Positions 17,865 through 27,397 of a stretch of 64,000 bases of DNA are shown here, piece after piece. Position 1 is the stretch's first letter; each line of letters opens with the position of its first letter. Made by a program: the position numbers and the translations under genes. The stretch comes from Chloroflexota bacterium. GTDB lineage: Bacteria; Chloroflexota; Dormibacteria; DASZGP01. The DNA lies in assembly GCA_034666405.1 (NCBI GenBank), contig JAXDLW010000047.1:79579-143578 (forward strand). Reading direction: 5' to 3'. Below the pieces are notes generated by a model. The model had not been told where the DNA came from, did not search any database, and saw only the letters and a program-made list of their open reading frames with translations.

Positions 17865-18254
17865 GTGTCGATGGAAGCGGACGAGGAGGTCAGAGTCCTC
17901 TTCATCGAAGATGACGCGGCCGTGGCCGAGATGTACCGGCTCAAGCTGGAGCTGGACGGCTACACCGTCACCATCGCCCCGGACGGCGAGCAGGGCCTGA
18001 AGCTGGCCAAGGACGGGCCGCCGGACATCGTGTTCCTGGATATCCGCCTGCCCAAGATGGACGGGTTCTCGGTCCTCGAGTCGCTCCGGGCCGACGAGAC
18101 CCTCAAGCACATCCCGGTGATCATCCTCTCCAACTACGGGGAGGCCGAACTGGTGGAGCGCGGGCTCAAGCTCGGCGCCCTGGACTACCTGATCAAGGCC
18201 GAGACGACTCCGTCAACGCTTTCCCGCGGCGTCGGGAAGTGGATCAAGGAGTGA
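17865..18254 (+). CDS. single-domain response regulator (CheY-like receiver)
   Basis: VLFIEDD...DIVFLDIRLPKMDG...VIILSNYGE...LGALDYLIK: the phospho-acceptor Asp and conserved Lys are present. No output domain. Confidence 0.85.
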   Translation: MSMEADEEVRVLFIEDDAAVAEMYRLKLELDGYTVTIAPDGEQGLKLAKDGPPDIVFLDIRLPKMDGFSVLESLRADETLKHIPVIILSNYGEAELVERGLKLGALDYLIKAETTPSTLSRGVGKWIKE

Positions 18255-18595
18255 TTGGAAACGCCTCATTGAGCGAATCCGGCACCTTCGACCTCGACAA
18301 GGCCGTATACACCATCAGCGTCGCGTCGGAAATCCTCGAGACGCACCCGCGCACGCTCATGATGTACGAGGAGCTCGGCCTGGTCACCCCGCACCGCACC
18401 AGCACCAACCGCCGGCGCTACTCCCAGCGTGACATCCGCCGCCTCCAGGTGATCCAGCACCTGACTCGCGAGCGCGGCGTGAACCTGGCCGGGGTGCGCC
18501 ACATCCTCTCCCTGCTGGAGGTCCTGCACAAGAACGGAATCGCCCCGCACCAGGAGCTCCGGCAGGCCTACCAGATGTACAGCGAGATCATCTAG
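18239..18595 (+). CDS. MerR family transcriptional regulator, HspR-like (paralog of 17370..17699)
   Basis: VYTISVASEILETHPRTLMMYEELGLVTPHRTSTNRRRYSQRDIRRLQVIQHLTRERGVNLAGVRHIL is nearly identical to the upstream inverted copy. Confidence 0.8.
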   Translation: MDQGVIGNASLSESGTFDLDKAVYTISVASEILETHPRTLMMYEELGLVTPHRTSTNRRRYSQRDIRRLQVIQHLTRERGVNLAGVRHILSLLEVLHKNGIAPHQELRQAYQMYSEII

Positions 18596-18628
18596 AGGAT
18601 CCCCTCGAGCACGACAGGGGGCGGGAAC

Positions 18629-19411
18629 CTGACGGCGATCGCGGCCACACTCCAGGGCTCCGATCCGCAGCGCTGGCTCGTCGCCTTCGACTTCGACGGC
18701 ACCCTGTCACCCATCGCTCCCCGCCCTGAGGACGCCCACCTCGACAGCGCCCTCTCCCCCCTCCTCTCCGAGCTCACCCTGTCAGTGGGTTGGGTGGCTG
18801 TGATCTCCGGGCGGGACCGGGAGTTCCTCAGCGAGCGCCTGGAGTCGACCATGCTGTTGGGCAGCTACGGCGTCGAGTTGCCACCTGAGCTCTCGCCGAC
18901 CGGGTTCCCCGAGGGTTTCCCGGCCGGGGCTGTCCGCGCTCGCCTCGGCGCGGCCCGACAGGACCTCGAAGGGGCCATATCCAGGTTCGCGGGCAGCCGG
19001 CTGGAGGTCAAACCATGGGGCCTCGCCCTCCATTACCGCGGCGCCGGCCCGAGGTTCGATGAGGCCGCGGCGACCTCCCTGGCGGAATCGGTGGCCGCGG
19101 CCCACGGGCTCAAGGTGCAGCGCGGGCGCCTGGTGCTGGAGCTGAAGCCGAGGGAGGCCGTGGACAAGGGCTGGGCAATGCGCCGTCTGGTGGAGGTGCT
19201 GGCCCCCTCGGCGGTGGTCTTCGTGGGCGACGACCTCGGCGACAAGGCCGCCTGGGAGGCGACCCGGGACATCGACCTCCCCGGCCTCGCGGTGGGCATC
19301 GCCTCCCCCGAGTTGCCGTCCGACGCGCTGGCCGCCTGCAACCTGGTCCTGCCGGGCAGGGAGGCACTCGCCCCCTTCATGAAGGCGCTGGTCCAGGCCG
19401 CCAGGGGCTAG
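18629..19411 (+). CDS. otsB: trehalose-6-phosphate phosphatase (HAD family)
   Basis: HAD motif I LVAFDFDGTL lies upstream of the first canonical start (GTG 18785). Motifs ISGRD, KGWA, and VVFVGDDLGD (motif IV) follow. No ATG/GTG/TTG occurs in frame between the upstream stop (18593-95) and motif I, so the 5' end is uncertain (CTG 18629 / ATC 18599). Confidence 0.7.
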   Translation: MTAIAATLQGSDPQRWLVAFDFDGTLSPIAPRPEDAHLDSALSPLLSELTLSVGWVAVISGRDREFLSERLESTMLLGSYGVELPPELSPTGFPEGFPAGAVRARLGAARQDLEGAISRFAGSRLEVKPWGLALHYRGAGPRFDEAAATSLAESVAAAHGLKVQRGRLVLELKPREAVDKGWAMRRLVEVLAPSAVVFVGDDLGDKAAWEATRDIDLPGLAVGIASPELPSDALAACNLVLPGREALAPFMKALVQAARG

Positions 19412-20895
19412 CTGGCGATGTTCGGCAGGATCCGGCGGTTGCGCCGCCGGCCGGTCTCGGTCAGGTCGCGGATGTCCTGGAGCTGGCTCGAGATCCAGCG
19501 GGCAACGTCGTTCTGCCGGACCACCGCGCGGATCCTGGTCATGCGGGCATGGCGCTGGCGGGGCTCCATGGTCAGCGCCGAATAGAGGGCGTCGGCCGTC
19601 GCGTCGATGTCGAAGGGGTTGACCGTGAAGGCCCATTGGCCCAGCTCGCCGTACGAGCCGGTGTTCTCGCTCAGGATGAGGACGCCGTCGCGCTCGTTCA
19701 CCATCATCCCCTCCTTGGCGACCAGGTTCATGCCGTCATAGATGGAGTTGACGAGGAGCACGTCGAACTCCTTGTAGGCGGCCATCGCCCGGTTCATATC
19801 CTCACGCAGCTCGAGGCGCACCGGCTTCCACTTGTCGGTACCATAGCGCTGGTTCAGCTCGCGGGTCACGAGCTTCACGTCCTCGAGGTACTTCCGGTAG
19901 AACGGGACGTCCTGGCGCGACGGCTGCAGGTAGGCCCAGAACTGGACCTCACCGAGCAGCTCGGGGTGGCCCTGGAGCATCTTGTCGTACGCCGCAAAAC
20001 CCCGCAGCAGGTTCTTGCTGGGGTCGCTGCGGTCGACGCGGATGATCAGCTTCTCCGGGCGCCAGCGGCGGATGTGGCGCTGCTCGGTGAGCACATCGCG
20101 GCTCTCGGCCGCCTGCATGAACGCGTCGACGTCGATGCTGACCGGGTAGGCCCGGACCCACACCGTGCGCCCGCCGATGAACACCGTCTGCTCCCGGTAA
20201 TCCACCGAGAGGTGCATGTTCTCCTCGCAGGTCAGCAGGAAGTTGCGGCAGTCCCGGGGCGTCTGGAAGCCGACGATGTCATTACCCAGCAGGCCGTCGA
20301 CGATCGGGTCGCGCATCTTGGCGGGCAGCACCTTCCAGTACTGCGGAGTGGGCCATGGGATGTGGATGAACTGCTGCAGCACGACCCCGGGCAGGCGCTC
20401 GCGCACCATCTTGGCCACGAGGTACAGCTGGTAGTCCTGGATCAGCACCAGCGGCACCTGGTCCTGGGAGCGCCCCTCCTCGCCCACCGGCGGCCGCTTG
20501 GCCGCCTGCACCACGCGGTCGGCGAACATCCGGTTCACCTTCACGTAGCCCTCGCTCCACGCCCGGTCGGTCCCGCGGTCCAGCGTGGGGTTGTGGCTGA
20601 GGTTCCAGAGATAGTGCTGGATGAACCAGAGCAGGGGATTGCTGATCTGGTTGTAGTAGAGGTCGTAGGCCTCCTCATCAGGGGACACGAAGGCAATGCG
20701 GTAATCGCGACCGTCGTCGCCGGTGATGACGACCGGGCTGCGCGGGTGTTTCCTGGCCACCTCGCGGTCGGCGGCGGTGCGGGCGCAGCCCACCCAGATG
20801 GCGTCGGTGCTCGCGGCGAGCGTCGACAGAGCGGAGACCAGGCCGCCCGCGCCGCGGCTGGCGACGTACTTCGAACCCTTCCGCTGGACCTCCAC
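19408..20895 (-). CDS. otsA: alpha,alpha-trehalose-phosphate synthase (GT20)
   Basis: GGLVSAL, WVGCA, and the HDYQL-equivalent IQDYQLYLV motifs. The conserved ...IIAANRAP... segment lies upstream of the first GTG (20895). The ORF is open up to 21003 with no canonical start. Confidence 0.85.
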   Translation of the reverse strand: MEVQRKGSKYVASRGAGGLVSALSTLAASTDAIWVGCARTAADREVARKHPRSPVVITGDDGRDYRIAFVSPDEEAYDLYYNQISNPLLWFIQHYLWNLSHNPTLDRGTDRAWSEGYVKVNRMFADRVVQAAKRPPVGEEGRSQDQVPLVLIQDYQLYLVAKMVRERLPGVVLQQFIHIPWPTPQYWKVLPAKMRDPIVDGLLGNDIVGFQTPRDCRNFLLTCEENMHLSVDYREQTVFIGGRTVWVRAYPVSIDVDAFMQAAESRDVLTEQRHIRRWRPEKLIIRVDRSDPSKNLLRGFAAYDKMLQGHPELLGEVQFWAYLQPSRQDVPFYRKYLEDVKLVTRELNQRYGTDKWKPVRLELREDMNRAMAAYKEFDVLLVNSIYDGMNLVAKEGMMVNERDGVLILSENTGSYGELGQWAFTVNPFDIDATADALYSALTMEPRQRHARMTRIRAVVRQNDVARWISSQLQDIRDLTETGRRRNRRILPNIAS

Positions 20896-21063
20896 CGGGG
20901 CCCGGTTCGCGGCGATGATCGGGTAGAAGCCTTCGAGGAGATGCCGCGCGTATTCCTCTAGCAGATTCAGCCTCCCCTGAACTCGAACGTTATAGCGCGG
21001 ATATCATACCCCGGGAACGTCTCGGGACGTGCCCGGATCGCTGGTGTAGAGTCGCGGAGACCT

Positions 21064-22578
21064 GTGTGGCGGCCAAAGAACGGGCGCGGCAGAGCGGCAA
21101 GAGAGCGGCAAAAAGAGCGGAAGGAGATCGCGATCAGAGAGCTGGCACTGCGGGCCATCGACGGGGCCCGTTCGGCGGGGGCGGCTTACGCCGATGCGCG
21201 CTGGGTCGAGACCCGCCGGCAGGAGCTCTCGGTCAAGCAGGGACGGGTTGACGGCCTCGAGGAGGACTCGACCGCGGGACTCGGGGTGCGCGTCCTGGTC
21301 GACGGCGCATGGGGATTTGCGGCATCGTCCGACCTCAGCGGGGAGTCTGCGGAACGCGCGGCCCGCGCCGCGGTGGAGATCGCCCGGGCCAGCGCGCGGG
21401 TTCACCGCGTACCGGTGGACCTGGGGCCGGCGGCGGCGAGCCGCGGCCGCTACCGCGGGCAGTGCGAGGTTGACCCCTTCGAGGTGAGCATCGAGGACAA
21501 GCTCGAGCTCTTACTGCAGGCCGAGGGTGCGCTCCAGCGCGAGGCCGACATCCGCGTCTCCACGGCGTCGACTGAGTGCACCCATTGGAAGAAGGTCTTC
21601 GTCTCTACCGAGGGCGCCGACATCGAGCAGGAGGCCTGGGAGACCGGGGCCGGAATCGAGTGCGTCGCGGTCAGGGATGCCGAGATGGAGAAGCGCAGCT
21701 TCCCCAACTCCTTCGGCCGGCAGGTGGCGCAGGGCGGCTGGGAGGTGGTCCGCGACATGGGCCTGGTCGAGTCCGCCCCCGGCCTGGCCGACGAGGCCTG
21801 CGCTCTCCTCCGCGCGGACCAGTGCCCCAGTGGCATCACGACGATCATCCTGGACGCTTCCCAGGTGGCGCTCCAGGTCCACGAGAGCTGCGGTCACCCC
21901 ACCGAGCTGGACCGCGTGTACGGCATGGAGGCGGCCTACGCCGGCACCAGCTTCATGACCCCCGACCTCCTGGGCCGGCTGCGATACGGCAGCGACCTGG
22001 TCACCATCGTCGCCGATGCCACCGTCCCCGGCGCCCTGGGGACGTTTGGCTGGGACGACGAGGGAGTGCCGGCCCAGCGCGTCAAGCTGGTCGACCGTGG
22101 GCTGTTCACCGGGTACCTCACCAGCCGGGAGACGGCGACGCAGCTGGCACCCGGGACGGCGAGCATGGGCTCGATGCGGGCGGACGGTTGGGGCCGCATC
22201 CCGCTGATCCGGATGACCAACATCAACCTCGAGCCCGGCACCAGCAGCCTCGACGAGATGATCGGCACCACCGACGACGGCATCTTCCTGACCACCAACC
22301 GCAGCTGGTCGATCGACGACCGCCGCCTCAATTTCCAGTTCGGCACCGAGCTGGCCTACGAGGTCAAGGGGGGCAAGCTCGGCAGGATGCTGCGCAACGC
22401 CAACTACGCCGGGATCACGCCCGAGTTCTGGAATTCCTGCGACGCCATAGGCGACGCCGATGAGTGGCGGATGTGGGGCCTGATCAACTGCGGCAAGGGC
22501 CAGCCCGGCCAGACGATGCGCGTGGGCCATGGCGCCTCGCCGGCCCGCTTCCGCAATGTCCAGGTGGGCATCCGGTGA
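21064..22578 (+). CDS. tldD: metalloprotease TldD
   Basis: PmbA/TldD family, ~500 aa, with the HExxxH-type motif VHESCGHPTELD. Confidence 0.85.
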   Translation: MWRPKNGRGRAARERQKERKEIAIRELALRAIDGARSAGAAYADARWVETRRQELSVKQGRVDGLEEDSTAGLGVRVLVDGAWGFAASSDLSGESAERAARAAVEIARASARVHRVPVDLGPAAASRGRYRGQCEVDPFEVSIEDKLELLLQAEGALQREADIRVSTASTECTHWKKVFVSTEGADIEQEAWETGAGIECVAVRDAEMEKRSFPNSFGRQVAQGGWEVVRDMGLVESAPGLADEACALLRADQCPSGITTIILDASQVALQVHESCGHPTELDRVYGMEAAYAGTSFMTPDLLGRLRYGSDLVTIVADATVPGALGTFGWDDEGVPAQRVKLVDRGLFTGYLTSRETATQLAPGTASMGSMRADGWGRIPLIRMTNINLEPGTSSLDEMIGTTDDGIFLTTNRSWSIDDRRLNFQFGTELAYEVKGGKLGRMLRNANYAGITPEFWNSCDAIGDADEWRMWGLINCGKGQPGQTMRVGHGASPARFRNVQVGIR

Positions 22579-23924
22579 GCAGCGAGACGATCGTCGCCCC
22601 CGAGGACGCCGCACGCCGGGTCCTGGAGAACAGCGACGCCGCCGCGACCGAGGTCCTGGTGAGCCAGGAGAAGGGATCGCTGACACGGTTTGCCAACAGT
22701 GAGATCCACCAGAACGTGACGACCGAGGCCGTCTTCCTGCGGGTGCGCGTGGTCGAGGACAGCCGCGTCGGCGTGGCCTCGACCAACCAGCTCGACGACG
22801 ACTCCCTGCGCGAGGCCGTGGCCAGGGCCCGCGGAGTGGCACGGGCGCAGGAGGCGCAGGCGGACCTGCCCCCGATGCCCGGGCCCGCGGAGGTCGCGTC
22901 GACACCGTTGGTCGCCTCGACCGCCGGCTCGACGCCGGAGGCCAGGGCCGAGATGGTCCGGGTGATGTGCGCCGAGGCGGACGCCGCCGGCGTTCGGGGC
23001 TTTGGGGCCGTGAGTGCCGCGACGACCGACTACGTCATGGCGAACAGCACCGGCCTCATGGTTTCGACGGCGCGGTGCGTGGCGACCGCCAAGATGGTGG
23101 CCATGGCGGCGGACGGCGCCAGCGGCTATGGTGCGCGGTGCAGCCAGGCGGTGGATGACCTGGATGCGCGCTCCATCGCCGCGGAGGCCACCGACCGGGC
23201 CGTCCGCTATCGCGACCCGATGACGCTTGACGCCGGCGCGTACCCGGTGGTCTTCGAGGAGGAGGCGATCGGTGAGCTGCTGGAGTACCTCGCCTACATC
23301 GGCTTTGGCGCGCTCGCCGTGGAGGAGGGACGCACGTTCACGCGCCCGGGAGAGCGGGTGAGCGGGCCCGCGATCAACATCTGGGACGACGGCCTCGACC
23401 CCGCCGGCCTGCCGATGTCCTTTGACTTCGAAGGCGTCCCCCGGCGCCGTGTCGACCTGGTGCGCGAGGGCATGGCGGTGGGCGTTGTGCATGACCTGGC
23501 GACCGCCGCGCGCGCCGGCGTCGAGTCCACCGGGCACGGGCTGCCGGCGCCCAACGCCTACGGGCCGATGGCCATGAACCTGTTCCTCGGCGGGGGCAGC
23601 GCGGCCACGACGGAGGAGCTGTGCGCGGGCATCGAGCGCGGCATCTGGGTGACCCGCCTCTGGTACGTCAACGTGGTCGACCCCACCCACAGCGTGCTGA
23701 CCGGGATGACCCGTGACGGGACATTCCTGATCGAGAACGGGCGTGTCACCCGGCCGGTGAAGAACATGCGCTTCACCCAGTCGATCATGGATGCGTTCGC
23801 CACCTGTAGCGACGCCACCCGGGACACCAAGCTGGTCTCGGGCACCGACTACGACTTCATAGCCGCATACCGGGTCCCGGCGATGCGCATGGACGCCTTC
23901 AACTTCACGTCCGCAACCCGCTAA
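22575..23924 (+). CDS. pmbA: metalloprotease PmbA/TldE
   Basis: Second PmbA/TldD-family member. GTG start overlaps the tldD stop (GTGA). ~450 aa. Confidence 0.8.
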   Translation: MSSETIVAPEDAARRVLENSDAAATEVLVSQEKGSLTRFANSEIHQNVTTEAVFLRVRVVEDSRVGVASTNQLDDDSLREAVARARGVARAQEAQADLPPMPGPAEVASTPLVASTAGSTPEARAEMVRVMCAEADAAGVRGFGAVSAATTDYVMANSTGLMVSTARCVATAKMVAMAADGASGYGARCSQAVDDLDARSIAAEATDRAVRYRDPMTLDAGAYPVVFEEEAIGELLEYLAYIGFGALAVEEGRTFTRPGERVSGPAINIWDDGLDPAGLPMSFDFEGVPRRRVDLVREGMAVGVVHDLATAARAGVESTGHGLPAPNAYGPMAMNLFLGGGSAATTEELCAGIERGIWVTRLWYVNVVDPTHSVLTGMTRDGTFLIENGRVTRPVKNMRFTQSIMDAFATCSDATRDTKLVSGTDYDFIAAYRVPAMRMDAFNFTSATR

Positions 23925-23936
23925 CCTCAGCCCCAA

Positions 23937-25589
23937 GTGATCAGCACCGTCCGCCGCTTCCGTAACCTGCCGCGCGAGCGCGAGATTGCCGAGGTCTTCC
24001 TGCGCCACGGCATGGGCTTCGTCCTCAAGCGCTACGCCCTGGGCCGCTACCTGCTGCGCTTCCGGGGAGTGCCCCGCGAGGAGCGCCTGCCGGCGCACTG
24101 GGGTGACGAGTTGCGGCAGATCCTGGAGGAGCTGGGGCCGACCTACATCAAGGTGGGACAGCTCCTGTCGATCCGCCCGGACATCCTGCCGCCCGAGGTG
24201 CTGTTCGCGCTCCGCGGGTTGCGCGACGAGGTCAGGGCCGTGCCCTTCGCGGAGGTTCGCGCGGTCATCGAGGAGGACCTCGGCGCGTCTATCGAGGAGC
24301 TCTTCAAGGACTTCAACGAGACGCCCATCGGGTCGGCCTCGATCGGCCAGGTGTACACCGCGCACCACAACGGGGTGAAGGTGGCGGTCAAGGTCCAGCG
24401 CCCGCGCGCGCGCAGCCAGGTCGAGTCCGACCTCCCCGTCGTCGCGGACATCGCCAATGTCCTCAAGCGGCGCCAGCCGGACCTGCCGTTCGACCCCGTG
24501 AAGCTGGTCGACGAGATCAAGCAGTTCCTGTACTCGGAACTGGACTACCTGGAGGAGGCGCGCAACACCGCGCGCGTGCTCGAGGACTTCCGCGGCGACC
24601 CTCGGGTGATCATCCCGTCGGTGCACTGGGACCGCACCACCAGCCGGGTTCTCACCACCGACTTCGTACCGGGCACTCCCCTCTCGAAGATCGACCCCGA
24701 GAAGTACAGCCGCGAGGATCGCCGCCGGCTCGCGATCCTCGGGGCCCAGATCTCCCTGACCCAGGTCTTCGAGCACGGCGCGTTCCACGGCGACGCCCAC
24801 CCCAGCAACATCATCGTCGTCAGCACCGAGCAGTACGGGCTGATCGATTTCGGCCTGATCGGCCTGATCAGCGAGCGCGAGATGCGCGTGATGACGGACT
24901 ACCTGATCCACATGGTCCGCCAGCAACCGGACCGCCTGGTGCGCGACCTCAAGAACCTCGGGGTGCAATTTCCGCGCGAGTTCGAGGACGACATCGCGTC
25001 AGCGATGGGCGGCATCCTGCGCCGCTACACCGGGGTGACCCTGGCCCAGGTCGACACCAACCGGCTGGTCACCGAGCTGCTCGACATGGTGTACCGGTAC
25101 CGCATGCGCCTGCCCACCAAGTACTTCCTGATCCTGCGCGGGATGACCACCGTCGAGGGCACCGGGCGCGAGCTCTACCCCGACTTCAACGTCTGGGAGG
25201 TGGCGGAGCCCTACGTCCGGGCGATGGCCCTGCGCCGGTACAGCCCGGGCACCCTGGCCAACGAGAACATGGAGCGCGCCTCCGAGTTCGTCGACGTGCT
25301 GTCGCGTTACCCCTACCAGATATCCGACCTGATGGACGAGATCCAGGATACCCTGCGCGAGACACGCCGGCTGGAGCAGGTGCTGGACCACCAGGTGAAC
25401 AAGGCCGGCCGGTTCTTCAACCGCCTCTCGCTCGCGGTGTTCATGGCTGCCCTGGTGGTGGCGTCGTCCTCAATCCATTTCGGGCCCAAGGTCAGCGACG
25501 TCCCGGTTTTCGGCGCGTTCATGTTCCTCACGGCATTCGTGCTGGGGCTGTGGTTGTTGTTCGGGTTGGTCCGCTCAGGCGGCCTCTAG
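23937..25589 (+). CDS. ABC1/UbiB family atypical kinase with C-terminal TM helices
   Basis: ABC1 motifs ASIGQVYTAH...VKVAVKVQRP, HGDAHPSNI, DFG. Two C-terminal TM helices. Confidence 0.8.
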   Translation: MISTVRRFRNLPREREIAEVFLRHGMGFVLKRYALGRYLLRFRGVPREERLPAHWGDELRQILEELGPTYIKVGQLLSIRPDILPPEVLFALRGLRDEVRAVPFAEVRAVIEEDLGASIEELFKDFNETPIGSASIGQVYTAHHNGVKVAVKVQRPRARSQVESDLPVVADIANVLKRRQPDLPFDPVKLVDEIKQFLYSELDYLEEARNTARVLEDFRGDPRVIIPSVHWDRTTSRVLTTDFVPGTPLSKIDPEKYSREDRRRLAILGAQISLTQVFEHGAFHGDAHPSNIIVVSTEQYGLIDFGLIGLISEREMRVMTDYLIHMVRQQPDRLVRDLKNLGVQFPREFEDDIASAMGGILRRYTGVTLAQVDTNRLVTELLDMVYRYRMRLPTKYFLILRGMTTVEGTGRELYPDFNVWEVAEPYVRAMALRRYSPGTLANENMERASEFVDVLSRYPYQISDLMDEIQDTLRETRRLEQVLDHQVNKAGRFFNRLSLAVFMAALVVASSSIHFGPKVSDVPVFGAFMFLTAFVLGLWLLFGLVRSGGL

Positions 25590-26908
25590 GGAGAGCTCGA
25601 CGTCGCGGGGCTCGCGGTCGCCTGGCCCAGGTCCCTGGCGACATCACCCAGGACCACCACCGCCAGCGCAGTCACGAGGCCCGACCGCGCGCCGAACCCG
25701 GATTCCGGCACCCCGGCCGGCAGCCCCGCACCGGGGTCACCACCCAGTTTTCGATCAGAGCCGACGAGGGTCATGAGGGCGGCAGCGGCGGTCTCCTCGA
25801 GGCGCGCGAAGTGGTCGCCGTCATCCCGGTCGTAATGGCGCGCCGCCTGCAGAACCAGCAGGGTCGCCACCACGTCGGATGGACCGTGGTCGGGGGGACC
25901 TGATGACTGCAGGTCGAACCCGGGCAGGTACCCGCCGGATCCGACGCGCAGTTGCACGCGCTCGTCGAGCAGGGGCTGGAGTAACTTCTGGGCGTCGGCC
26001 ATGTACTGCTGCTCCCGGGAAGCGTCGAAGGCCTCCAGCAGGATTTCCGCGGCGCCGGCCTGGTCGGCCAGCCGGGTGTTGTAGTCGGTGATGTCGTGGC
26101 CGCCGGCCGCGGTGGCCGTGACGAGGCCCGCCAGCATCCCGAAATGCCCATCGATGTCGGTCCTCATCTCCCGTTGGATGATGTTGGCCCCCGCCTGGAT
26201 CTTCTGTTCTTCGTGGGTGCGGAACCCGCCCACCACCAGGGCCGCGCCCACCGCGAGGGCATCCACCGGCCGGTAGATGGTGCTGGTCTCCCCGGCCTTG
26301 AAGAACATCTTCGTGTCGGGTGCGTACCACGCGGCGTAGAGGCCGTCGGTCACCTGGCGGCTGAGGCAGTCCGGGGTGATGGACGCGGGGTTCGGGGTGG
26401 AACAGGAAGAGGGCGTGGGGTCGACCCCCGCGGGCGCCGCCGGAGGCTGCGGGTGGGCGCCGTCCACGAGGAGCAGGAACGCCCCGCCGCGGGGCCCGTC
26501 GAGCTCCTTGAACGCCTGGGCGGTGGCCGCCGCCGCCGCCTCCCCCTGGCCCGCAGTCCCCTGGCCGCCCGCCGCCGGCGTCAGCGCCAGGGAGCGAATC
26601 GCCTCAAGTGCCAGCGCGTCGGCCTCGGGTGCCGCGTCGGCATACGGGCCGGCGACCTGCGCCGCCGTACCGCCGCCCCACGAAAGGTCGGGGACGCCGC
26701 CGTGGAGGTGCGCGCCGAGGGCCGTCGCGGCGGCTGCGCGGATGCTCGCCAGGCTGCGCAGGTCGAGCTGCGCGGGGGCCGCGGAGGCGGTGGGAACAGG
26801 GCTCGGTGAGTCGGAGAACCCGCCCCCGGTGTTCTGGGTGCAGGACGCGAGCAGCAGCCCCGCCAGGGCGACCAGGAGTGGGGGGAGGAAGCGCCGGCGC
26901 ATGGTCAT
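25586..26908 (-). CDS. hypothetical lipoprotein
   Basis: Start at MTMRRRFLPPLLVALAGLLLASC (lipobox LLASC). ~440 aa, Ala-rich. Confidence 0.5.
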   Translation of the reverse strand: MTMRRRFLPPLLVALAGLLLASCTQNTGGGFSDSPSPVPTASAAPAQLDLRSLASIRAAAATALGAHLHGGVPDLSWGGGTAAQVAGPYADAAPEADALALEAIRSLALTPAAGGQGTAGQGEAAAAATAQAFKELDGPRGGAFLLLVDGAHPQPPAAPAGVDPTPSSCSTPNPASITPDCLSRQVTDGLYAAWYAPDTKMFFKAGETSTIYRPVDALAVGAALVVGGFRTHEEQKIQAGANIIQREMRTDIDGHFGMLAGLVTATAAGGHDITDYNTRLADQAGAAEILLEAFDASREQQYMADAQKLLQPLLDERVQLRVGSGGYLPGFDLQSSGPPDHGPSDVVATLLVLQAARHYDRDDGDHFARLEETAAAALMTLVGSDRKLGGDPGAGLPAGVPESGFGARSGLVTALAVVVLGDVARDLGQATASPATSSSP

Positions 26909-26983
26909 CGAGTATGCCTGTGGGCCCGGGGAGGCCCCGGGGCAAACTGGGACCGGCGGCGCGCCGTCCGTAGAATTCCGGCC

Positions 26984-27346
26984 GTGAAGGTCGCGATCGT
27001 GGGGAGCAGGCATTTCCCCGAGATGGACAGGGTCCGCACCTTCGTCGAGGGCCTGCCCGCGGGGGCCATCGTCCTCACGGGGGGCGCGAGCGGGGTCGAC
27101 GCGACCGCGGGCCAGGCGGCCCGCGAGAGGTCGCTCGGGCTCATCAAGCTGCCGCCGCGGTTCGAGGAGAGCACCGACCCTGGCGCCTCAGTCCGGCGCA
27201 ACCAGGAGCTGGTCGACGCGGCGGACGTGCTTGTCGCCTTCTGGGATGGCGAGAGCCAGGGGACGCGCAAGACGGTCGAGAGGGCCCTGGAATCGGGGCG
27301 CGAGGTCCACGTCTACCTGCCCGGGACGCCCGGGCTGGGGGGCTGA
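26984..27346 (+). CDS. SLOG/DUF2493-like Rossmann-fold protein (YspA/DprA-related)
   Basis: MKVAIVGSRHF...IVLTGGASGVDATAGQAA...VLVAFWDGESQGT pattern. Confidence 0.45.
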   Translation: MKVAIVGSRHFPEMDRVRTFVEGLPAGAIVLTGGASGVDATAGQAARERSLGLIKLPPRFEESTDPGASVRRNQELVDAADVLVAFWDGESQGTRKTVERALESGREVHVYLPGTPGLGG

Positions 27347-27356
27347 GGGCAAAAAG

Positions 27357-27392
27357 AAAGGGGACCCGCGAACGGGCCCCCTCGGGTCAGCC
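27357..27392 (-). terminator. intrinsic terminator downstream of sodA
   Basis: GC hairpin (GGGGGCCCGTTCGCGGGTCCCC on the minus strand) followed by CTTTCTTTTTGCC. Confidence 0.4.
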
Positions 27393-27397
27393 TTCGG

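Noticed and set aside
22404-24968. 854-aa minus-strand ORF
   Set aside because: Antisense to pmbA and the ABC1 kinase; typical GC-rich shadow ORF.
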